DNA from: Nanobdellota archaeon
Lineage (GTDB): Archaea > Nanobdellota > Nanobdellia > Pacearchaeales > GW2011-AR1
Reading direction: 5' to 3'
Assembly: GCA_038045945.1 (NCBI GenBank)
Contig: JBBSXC010000004.1
Location: 240,425-304,424 of the forward strand
DNA: 64,000 nt
Below are positions 1 through 8,500 of this stretch, one piece after another (position 1 is the first letter of the stretch; each line of letters opens with the position of its first letter). Position numbers and translations under genes: made by a program. The notes beneath the pieces are model-generated. The model was given only the letters and a program-made list of their open reading frames with translations, searched no databases and was not told the origin of the DNA.

Positions 1-234
1 AGAAACAAGATCGGCTTTATTCATAACAAAAACAAGCCTCTTACCAGAAGCAAAAATCTTTGCTTCAATCTCATCATTACGAGAAAGATCAGGCATACGA
101 GCATCTAAAACCTCTAAAATAACATCACACTGAGAAATAATCTTATCAATTACTTCCCAGTAACCAAGAACGTCCCTAGGGATAGAACTTCTTCCCTTAA
201 AACCTTCACGAGGCCTAGTAGTAGCACGATACAT
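1..234 (-). CDS. Circularly permuted GTPase, YlqF/RbgA family (5' part only, runs off the window)
   Basis: Manual translation: MYRATT...YWEVIDKIISQCDVILEVLDARMPDLSRN...LVFVMNKADLVS, with the DAR and NKxD motifs near the N-terminus. Confidence 0.85.
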   Translation of the reverse strand, partial: MYRATTRPREGFKGRSSIPRDVLGYWEVIDKIISQCDVILEVLDARMPDLSRNDEIEAKIFASGKRLVFVMNKADLVS

Positions 235-411
235 AAAAAAAGCAGTGAAAAATAGGTTATAAACATGACTATGTCGAGAATCAAACTTTTCGATCACTTC
301 AGAAATAAAATTTCTGACATCAATCAAGAATTAACATTCTTGATGTGTTAAAAAACAATATGTAGTTTTTGACATAACAATACTTAAAAGATATGGTGAG
401 TAATTAATGAA

Positions 412-807
412 ATGAATGAGCGTGTTGAAAATGGTTCTTATATCCATGTTACTGGATACGTAACAGAAGAGGGGCTGGTCAGAGTAGCCTATCATTTAGA
501 ACAAATAACCACCGGAGAAAATGAAGCAAGCGGCGGGGGTGCAAGAAGAAAGTTTGCAGATAAGAAAAGCCTTGCAGAATTAGGAGATTTATTAGCGACT
601 AACCCTGAATTTGGTGGGGGCAGTGACAAACTAAATTTTTTACATTTAAGGCCTGCTAGAAAAGAAACCCTTTTTTGTGTTGATGACACTGAATACGAAG
701 ATGGAAAATTTGGTTATAGGTTCGAAAGACCAGCAAGGGATGATGAGCTAGCAGAGATAATACAAACATACGCCAAAGCTATAAAACCATTTTGTGCAGC
801 GCCCTAA
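412..807 (+). CDS. Hypothetical protein
   Basis: 131-aa ORF with a TATA-like element upstream; no recognised motif. Confidence 0.6.
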   Translation: MNERVENGSYIHVTGYVTEEGLVRVAYHLEQITTGENEASGGGARRKFADKKSLAELGDLLATNPEFGGGSDKLNFLHLRPARKETLFCVDDTEYEDGKFGYRFERPARDDELAEIIQTYAKAIKPFCAAP

Positions 808-814
808 AAAATAA

Positions 815-1384
815 CTACTTTTTCTTTTTTGAAGACTTCTCAACCCTTCTATAACCTAACCAAATAACAAGTACTAATTCAACTCCAAGAAGAATAACTC
901 TCATAACCTTTGATAAATCACCAAAAACCCTAATAGTTCCATATATAAGAATCAAAATACCACCAAGAATGAAACCAGAACCAATAGACTCTAAAGATAA
1001 GAATAATCCGGCAGCAATCAAAGCAATACTAATAGGAGCTAAAATGAAGAAAAGATTCCTAGAATAATCCTGATTAGCTGATTCAAGCTCTACTTGACAA
1101 GTCTCACAATAATAAGAAGAGGGGCAACTGCTAGTATAATTAAAAGTTATGTAACCCTTACTATCATAACAACTCTTCTCATCCGTAGCAGAAACAGTGA
1201 TGTTCGGGCAGCCACTAACAAGTTCACGATTAACAGTTTTTTCATAAGCAATAGGATAATTATTATTAGTGCAAAAATCTTCATACTTAGGAGAAGAATA
1301 AATAGCATCAACTAAGAAACCAACAAATAAAGCAAGCAAGATGCCTACTGCAAGAGTTAAAGCAACCTTCTTAATATCAGCCAT
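815..1384 (-). CDS. Membrane protein with a Cys-containing extracellular loop
   Basis: One N-terminal TM segment, a loop with 6 Cys, and about 3 C-terminal TM segments. Confidence 0.7.
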   Translation of the reverse strand: MADIKKVALTLAVGILLALFVGFLVDAIYSSPKYEDFCTNNNYPIAYEKTVNRELVSGCPNITVSATDEKSCYDSKGYITFNYTSSCPSSYYCETCQVELESANQDYSRNLFFILAPISIALIAAGLFLSLESIGSGFILGGILILIYGTIRVFGDLSKVMRVILLGVELVLVIWLGYRRVEKSSKKKK

Positions 1385-1444
1385 AAAGAAATAATGATAA
1401 CGTCATTTAAAAGGGTTGTGATAAACCCTATCCTAAATAAACTA

Positions 1445-1547
1445 AGCCTCTAGAGGGATTTGAACCCCCGACCCCTAGTTAATTTGGCTTTTGCTTTTTA
1501 TTTCAAAAACTTACAAAACTAGTGCTCTGCCACTGAGCTATAGAGGC
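1445..1547 (-). tRNA. tRNA-Thr(TGT) with a 31-nt intron (1481-1511) at canonical position 37/38
   Basis: Acceptor GCCTCTA/TAGAGGC and anticodon stem CTAGT/ACTAG. The intron forms a bulge-helix-bulge: TTTG pairs with CAAA, GTTTTTG pairs with CAAAAGC, and there are two 3-nt bulges. Confidence 0.92.
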
Positions 1548-1628
1548 ACAAGAATGACAATTTAAGACGGTTTAAAAATACTTTCCTTCACAAAAAATAA
1601 ACAGAAATTTATAAGAAAATTAGAATTT

Positions 1629-2165
1629 TTATTCTTCCTTAACTTTTTCAACTTCTAAATGCCTAATCTCACAAAGAGCAAGAGGATAAACTTTCTTAAG
1701 ACGTGTAAGCATCAACTTCTGAATTTTAGACTGAATAACATCAGAAAAAACATCCTCAGTGGACTTGTCCTTACAATAATCCTTAAGAAATTCAATAGTA
1801 GCAACCCTTAAAGCATTACGAACAGCACGAGAAACTTCCTTCCTAGTAATAAGAAAAGGCTTAATTCTGAGTTTACCATCACTAACATCAACAACGAAAG
1901 AATCCTCAACATAACTACTACGCTTGCGAATCATCCTACGAATAAAATAAGGAAGCAAACGCATCATTTTAGGCTTAGCAACAGCCTTACCATCAACAAC
2001 ATTAATATCAAAACTAGCCTCAACACCCTTGCCTCTAAAAATTCTAGTAAGATCAAGCTTCAAATGACGACCCTGAAGGTTCTCAAGCTCCACAGCATAA
2101 ACACTAGAAGTCTCACCAAGCAAAGGGACCTCAACTTCAAAAAACTTTTTTTTAATATTAGCCAT
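1629..2165 (-). CDS. rps3ae: 30S ribosomal protein eS1 (S3Ae)
   Basis: KKKFFEV start, IRRMIRKRSSYVED and KKVYPLALCEIR motifs. Confidence 0.85.
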   Translation of the reverse strand: MANIKKKFFEVEVPLLGETSSVYAVELENLQGRHLKLDLTRIFRGKGVEASFDINVVDGKAVAKPKMMRLLPYFIRRMIRKRSSYVEDSFVVDVSDGKLRIKPFLITRKEVSRAVRNALRVATIEFLKDYCKDKSTEDVFSDVIQSKIQKLMLTRLKKVYPLALCEIRHLEVEKVKEE

Positions 2166-2196
2166 GGTTTAATTATTTTAATAACAGTTTATAACT

Positions 2197-2514
2197 TTAT
2201 TGCTCAAAAACTATTTTGCTAACTCTACGACTCCTAGCAGGTTTAGATTTTTTGCAAACAGCACAAGTATACATAACAACAAGCCTCTTAGTAGCCTTAG
2301 TCTTACGTTTCCATTTAGTAACAGCAGGTTTACTCCATCTTCCTTGATTACCGTAACCCCTAGCTCTACCCCTAAGTCTAGCACGAATCTTACTACCATA
2401 CTTTAAACTACCTCTCTTATGACCAGTACTAACCAGAACGATCTTCTGCTCAGTCTGCTTATGGCAATAAGGGCAAAGCCTATTTGTCTTCTTAGGAAGC
2501 TTCATAAAATACAC
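2197..2514 (-). CDS. rpl44e: 50S ribosomal protein eL42 (L44e)
   Basis: MKLPKK..RLCPYCHKQT, GYGNQG and CAVCKK zinc-ribbon motifs. Confidence 0.92.
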   Translation of the reverse strand: MYFMKLPKKTNRLCPYCHKQTEQKIVLVSTGHKRGSLKYGSKIRARLRGRARGYGNQGRWSKPAVTKWKRKTKATKRLVVMYTCAVCKKSKPARSRRVSKIVFEQ

Positions 2515-2593
2515 TCAAATTATTTGGTTTATAAATCTATGGTCATGATGGACCCATAGTCAAGCATATAAACCTCCGCCCATTATTAATGTC

Positions 2594-2971
2594 ATGGTTA
2601 GGGTAGTATTTGATAAGGGAAAGCAGAAGGAATTTTTTGATTTAATAAAAGAAAAGATAAAACTCTTATCACTAAGATCAATAAACCAGTACGGGATTGA
2701 AACAAACTACTCCACAATTAAGAACTATTATAATGAAAAAAGACTAATGCCTGAATCATTACTCAAAGAACTATGCTACTTAGCAAAAATAAACATTGAA
2801 GAGTTAAAAGTAAAATACGCTAATGATAACTGGGGTCAAATAAAAGGGGGAAAGAAAGGGATAATAACACTAAGAAAAAATTATGCTAATAAAGTAGCCT
2901 TTTGGAGAAGAAAAGGGGGAAAGGCCAAGGCAAAAAAACATGAAAGCAAGCTATCAACAATCTTTATATAA
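2594..2971 (+). CDS. Putative HTH DNA-binding protein with a WGQIKGGKKG tail
   Basis: XRE-like pattern (NYSTIKNYYNEKRLMP) and a basic KGG-repeat C-terminus. Confidence 0.55.
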   Translation: MVRVVFDKGKQKEFFDLIKEKIKLLSLRSINQYGIETNYSTIKNYYNEKRLMPESLLKELCYLAKINIEELKVKYANDNWGQIKGGKKGIITLRKNYANKVAFWRRKGGKAKAKKHESKLSTIFI

Positions 2972-2996
2972 GGATCTAGATTTTCCATTTAAACTC

Positions 2997-3070
2997 GGCC
3001 GTATAGTCTAGCTGGTTACGACGCCTCTTTGACGTAGAGGAGATCCCTGGTTCGAATCCAGGTACGACCA
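2997..3070 (+). tRNA. tRNA-Val(GAC) with a C3:A70 acceptor mismatch
   Basis: GGCCGTA...CCTCT-TTGACGT-AGAGG...CCTGG-TTCGAAT-CCAGG-TACGACC-A; TATA element about 25 nt upstream. Confidence 0.9.
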
Positions 3071-3117
3071 TGTCCTTGACGTGGACAATTCCGCAGTTCG
3101 ATCCTGCGGTAGGGCCA
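3071..3117 (+). other. Second tRNA-Val(GAC)-like 3' fragment (anticodon arm, T arm, acceptor 3' strand)
   Basis: TGTCC-TTGACGT-GGACA, then ATT, then CCGCAG-TTCGATC-CTGCGG, then TAGGGCC-A; both stems pair perfectly. Confidence 0.8.
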
Positions 3118-3217
3118 CCCAATTTAAAAAAAAACATTTTCTCTGATGAGGGGTCGGTTTTTTGGTTCTGCATGGGACCATAAATAATTAAAGCACTAAG
3201 ATAAATAATTATTCGTT

Positions 3218-3529
3218 ATGCTTAAAAGAACTACAGTTTACTACGATTCTAAAACGGCAGACCCGACAACTCCTGGAGTAAGCCATTTAATAATCGAAGA
3301 AGGAAAAATAGGTTACATTACAGCAACACTCTACATCACTAGAAGACTAGAGGTATCTCTTAAAGAAGGACAAAGACTAGTGCCCATTGGTGAAGCAAGA
3401 GAAAAGTATGATTTTAGGGAAATAATGCCCCCATATATTGATCAAAGAGCAATAAGAGAACTTGAAGAGGAGAGAGATCAAGAAATAAGAGAAGGAATAA
3501 GTAGAAGAATAGGAAGAAAAGTAGCTTAA
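3218..3529 (+). CDS. Hypothetical protein
   Basis: 103-aa ORF with plausible composition. Confidence 0.55.
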   Translation: MLKRTTVYYDSKTADPTTPGVSHLIIEEGKIGYITATLYITRRLEVSLKEGQRLVPIGEAREKYDFREIMPPYIDQRAIRELEEERDQEIREGISRRIGRKVA

Positions 3530-3573
3530 CAACGGTAAGCAATCTTTATATATCGTTAATTACTAATTCTTGA

Positions 3574-5472
3574 ATGCTTATTAAAGGGGTAAATAAGAGG
3601 GGACAAGTAACAATTTTTGTCATCATAGCACTAGTAATATTGGGAGCAATAGGAATATACTTAGCAACAAATTATTCTACAACGAATCAAGGAATACCAG
3701 AACAATTCCAAGAATTAGAAGAATACTACAATTCATGCATAAAAGAAATAGCCAGTGGGGGAATAAGTATAATAGAAAACAACGGAGGATTTATAGAAGA
3801 ACCAGAACTAATAAGAGGAAACCCACAAGAACCATTATCCTCAAAAATAAATTATTTAGGAGAAACAATACCCTACTGGTTATACCTAAATGACGGAAAA
3901 ATAGTAGAGCAAGCGCCAACAAAAAATTCTATGCAAGAACAAATAAGCAAATACATAAAAAACAGAATAAATGAATGCAACTTTGAAGATTACTCAAGCC
4001 AAGGATACATAATAGAAAGGGGAGAAAACCCTGTAGTGGAAGTAACAATCAATAACAAAGAAGTAACAACAAAGGTGACAGATCAATTAGTGTACGCAAA
4101 AGAAGAAACAAAGCAGCTGGTAAGCAACCACGAAATAAGAATAGACAGTAATCTGGGAGCACTATACAATAAAGCAATAGAACTATACAACAAAGAATTA
4201 CAAAACGAATACTTAGAAAATTATACTGTAGACATGATAAGACTATACGCACCAGTTGATGGAGTAGAAATATCATGCTCGCCAAAAGTATGGAAAGAAA
4301 AAGAAGTATTCGACGAATTAAGAGAAGCAATAGAAGCAAACACACAACAAATAATGCTGGACTCAGGAAAAAATGATGATTCAATGACAACAAAAGAAAA
4401 ATATTTCACAATACCAATAAGCAGCGACGGACTACAAACATACATGCGATACTCAAAAGACTGGCCAACAAGCATGAAAATACACCAAAGCGACGGAGGA
4501 ATACTAATAGCAAACCCGGTAGGAAACCAAGAAGGATTAGGAATACTAGGATTCTGCTACGTACCATACCACTTCGTATACGACCTAGACTACCCACTAA
4601 TGATACAAATATTCGATGAAAACAGTGAAGAGATGTTCCAATACCCAATACAAGTAATAATAAGATCAAACCACGCAAGACAAGGAATAAACCAAGTATA
4701 CCAGGGACTAGAAAACACAATCTGCAAATACAAAGTAAAAAGCATAGAAGTAAACACCTACGATGAAGAAACATTAATGCCAGTAGAAGCACAAATATCA
4801 TTCAAATGCCTAAACGAAGGATGCTACTTAGGGGAAACAAGAACAGACACAAACAATAACGCAAAAGCAACACTTAACGCACCACAATGCGTTAACGGAT
4901 TCTTAACAGCAACAGCAGAAGGATACAACAAAGGAGAATACCAAATATCAACAAATAACGAAACAATAGCAAACATACTGCTAAAAAAACAATACACACT
5001 AAACATAAACGTAAAATACGATGACGGACAAGAAGTAAAAAGCAACGCATTCATATACCTAAAACCTGCAAGAGGAAACGGAGAAGTAAAAACAGTGGTT
5101 TGGCCAGAACAAAAAACAATAACTATAACAGAAGGAGAATATAACATAACAGCATACGCATACGAATTGTCAAACATAACACTACCAGGAACAAAAGAAA
5201 AAAAGTGCTTCCAAGTACCTAGGCCAGGACTATCAGCAGTACTGGGACTAACAAAAGAACAATGCTACGACATAACAATACCAGGACAAAAAATAAGCAC
5301 GAGCATAAGTGGAGGAGGAAAAACAAACTATTACTTCACACAAAGCCAAATAAGAACACAAAAAAACGTACAAGTAACAATACCAAGAGGGCCAACACCA
5401 AGAACAATAGAAGCACTACAAACAGCATACGCAATAGCAGACAATAAACAAATAACAATAACAACACAATGA
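3574..5472 (+). CDS. Large protein with a class III (type IV pilin-like) signal peptide
   Basis: N-terminus NKRG|QVTIFVIIALVILGAIGIYL; several Cys pairs; beta-rich C-terminal region. Confidence 0.8.
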   Translation: MLIKGVNKRGQVTIFVIIALVILGAIGIYLATNYSTTNQGIPEQFQELEEYYNSCIKEIASGGISIIENNGGFIEEPELIRGNPQEPLSSKINYLGETIPYWLYLNDGKIVEQAPTKNSMQEQISKYIKNRINECNFEDYSSQGYIIERGENPVVEVTINNKEVTTKVTDQLVYAKEETKQLVSNHEIRIDSNLGALYNKAIELYNKELQNEYLENYTVDMIRLYAPVDGVEISCSPKVWKEKEVFDELREAIEANTQQIMLDSGKNDDSMTTKEKYFTIPISSDGLQTYMRYSKDWPTSMKIHQSDGGILIANPVGNQEGLGILGFCYVPYHFVYDLDYPLMIQIFDENSEEMFQYPIQVIIRSNHARQGINQVYQGLENTICKYKVKSIEVNTYDEETLMPVEAQISFKCLNEGCYLGETRTDTNNNAKATLNAPQCVNGFLTATAEGYNKGEYQISTNNETIANILLKKQYTLNINVKYDDGQEVKSNAFIYLKPARGNGEVKTVVWPEQKTITITEGEYNITAYAYELSNITLPGTKEKKCFQVPRPGLSAVLGLTKEQCYDITIPGQKISTSISGGGKTNYYFTQSQIRTQKNVQVTIPRGPTPRTIEALQTAYAIADNKQITITTQ

Positions 5473-5522
5473 AAACAGGTAAATTTTCAAGCATTAAATT
5501 ATGGAACAATTTAACACAATGA
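5467..5522 (+). promoter_or_regulatory. Intergenic promoter-like element, copy 1 (47/56 nt identical to 46976-47031)
   Basis: caatgaaaacaggtaaattttcaagcattaaa-N11-tttaacacaatga. Confidence 0.7.
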
Positions 5523-8500
5523 AAGTAAAAAAATACTATTTTTACATAACAATAATACTGTTATCAATAATAGCAATAACAAACGCAGAAGCAATAACAA
5601 ACTTCCAAACATTCAACCAAGAAAGAGGTCTAGTAACAAACAACTTCTGGGACATAAACCAAAAAAACGCTATATGTCAAACAGGACAAGACATGATACT
5701 AGAAATAATACCCGGAAGCTGCAGCCCAAGCGTAGTACGAAGCGACTTATTAGAAAGCCAAAACGTACCAGTATTTTGCCAAGTCACAGGAATAAAAATA
5801 AATCCATCAGTAGACCTAGGAAAAATAGCATCAGTAAGCTTCGCAGGAAGCGGAGGACTACCAGAAGGAGTGGCAGGGATATCATTCTACCCATACAGAG
5901 CAGCGGTAACACAAACAAACAACCTATTCACATCAGGAGGAGTAGCAAACATAGGAAACAGCTTAGGATACGTAGTAGTAGTGCTAAAACAAACACCAGT
6001 AGAAAAAGACATGCCAGGGGCAATAATGTTAAACCTAACAGCAAAAATAAGTTATGACGTAAAAAAAGTTTATGGGTCGGGAAAAGTAGAATACTTCCTA
6101 CAACAAAACACTGACGAAGAATGGAACGAAAACTACAAAGAATACGGAATATTCAAAGGACAACAATACCTAAGACTAGAAGAATTATCAATTGACGGAA
6201 CGCAAGCAAAAGTAAGCATATACAAAGACAAAGACACAATAATAAATTCAATAAACCTGAGATTAGGAGAACAATCAAGCCTGCTAAACATACCCGGATT
6301 CTACTGCGGAGCAGGAATAAGGATGAAACTAACAGGATCAGAAGCACCAAGAAAAAAAGTACAATTACAAGTGGACCAAGACACAATATGGCTACATGAA
6401 GGACAAAAATTCCTAAACGAACAATGCGTCGTACGAAGTATTGAAATAACAAACAGAACAAGAAATAACGGGCTAGAAAAAGGGATAGTAAGAATAAGCT
6501 GCCCTAAGGGAAGTTACGAACTAGAAATAAGCGAATTAGACCAAAGCCTAGGGACACAAAACATAGCCTGGGACAAAGTATTAGCAGGAATAAGCTCAGA
6601 CCCAACAAAAAAACAAATAATAGAAAGTTTTGAAAAAGCAAAAGAAGAAGCATACCTAGTAGCAGACCTATACACAAGCGAAAAAAGAAGCAATAACGAA
6701 AATTACAAACCAGGACAATTCTACGGCCTTTCAGACTTGCAAGAACTGGCAATAACAGCACAAAACCTAGGACAATATAAAACAGAACTAGAAATACAAG
6801 AAAAAATCATAAGCAAATATCCTGGAACAATTGAAGAATTAGAATCACAAAAAAGGATAGGGGAACTAAAAAACTTTTCATACATAAAAGCAAACGCAAT
6901 AACAACAGTAGACTTCTCAATACACACAATAACAATAAAAAATTATAAGAATCCAGCAGTAAGCGAAGCAAGCGTAGAATTTGACAGACCAGCAGAACCA
7001 AGGATAATAGGAGACTACATATACACAACAGACAAAAACCAAACTGCTGGAGAAGCAGCAGAAACATGGGTAAGGATAAGAGAAATAAAAAAAGACTCAA
7101 TAATACTACAAGCAAGAATAACAGAAACAATAAAAGACGCTAACGGAAAAGAAACAAAAAACGTTAGAAGCGCAGACTACACGATGACAGAAGGACAAAC
7201 ACTAGCAACAATAAACGGACTAAACCTGCCAGGACTAATCGGGGGAATTAACGGAAACAATGTACAACTAAAAAAGATTAATCTTAAAGTAGAAGCAAAA
7301 GTAGAAGTGGTACCAGAAATATTACAAACAGGAAGCAGCAGCAACTTCACATTCAAAGTAGCAATAGAAAAAAGAGGAATAAAAATATCAACAGAAAAAA
7401 CAGAGGAGATGATAAGAAACATTAATGAATCAATAGAAAAATTCACAAAAATAACAGAAAAATTAGGCCAGGCAGTAGAAACAGGAAAAGCAGCATGCCT
7501 AGCAGGAAGCTCAGCACTATTCATTAAAAACTTCATAGCAAATGCAGGAGGAGCAGCAGGCTCAAGAGCAGAAGTAATGAACGGACCAGACGGATGGTAC
7601 CAAAAATGTGATAGGTTAGTAAAAAGTAGCCCTAGCCAATACAACAACCTAAACGACTGCTTACTAAAAAACAACGCAAACATACAAGAAGACGTAACAA
7701 AATGGACAGAAGCAGAAAAAGCAGTTAATACACAATTCGACAATGTGTACAACAAAGAAAACATAACAGGATCACAACAAGAATTCATAAAAGTATTCGC
7801 AAACGACGTGTGCGGAGGAAAACTAAAAGACAAACAAATAACCATTGAAGAAAAAACAAAAATCATTTGCGGACAAGGAGGAGTATTCGAAAACAAAGAA
7901 GCAGTAATAGCGGCTTATAACCAAGGAGACTTCACAATAGCAGACGCAAAAAAAGTAATGACTGCATCACAAACATACGGAGGAGCAAACACGATAAGCC
8001 AAAATACTGACACATTAGGAGCGCAAAAAATAAACGGTTTCTTCTCAAACATGCAAAGAAGGCCAGGACTAACAACGGCAAACTATGCTGGTGCTTTAGG
8101 AACAGCATCTGGAAAAGTATTCTCAGCATACTCGCCAGACACAAGAATAGCAAACGTTGAAGTAATTGAAGTAAAAGCGGGAGACAAACTAGGGGGGACG
8201 GTTGATGTGAAAGAGGGAAGATACACACTAATATCTGTAGCACCAGGAACAAGATTCGCCGACCCTGCATCAACAACAAAACTAGCAGGAAAAGTATTAG
8301 TAGTGCCAGTAACAACAGACGCATCAGGAAACGTACAATTAAACGAAAGCGACCCAACAAAAAACATAATAATAGACTCGAATGGAAAAAATGTGGACAC
8401 ATTCACAAGAGACGAATACGGGCAGGTATTAGGACAAAACAAAATATCAAGCTTCAAATCAATAACAGAATCACAAGCATCATGCTCAAACTATTACCAA

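Noticed and set aside
274-348. Three adjacent short hairpins in a divergent intergenic region
   Set aside because: The stems are AT-rich and imperfect, and nothing else indicates an ncRNA; they could be operators or chance.
2976-3173. 65-aa minus-strand ORF
   Set aside because: It is antisense to tRNA-Val.
3143-3180. CTGATGAG as a hammerhead ribozyme core
   Set aside because: No stem II followed by GAAA is present.
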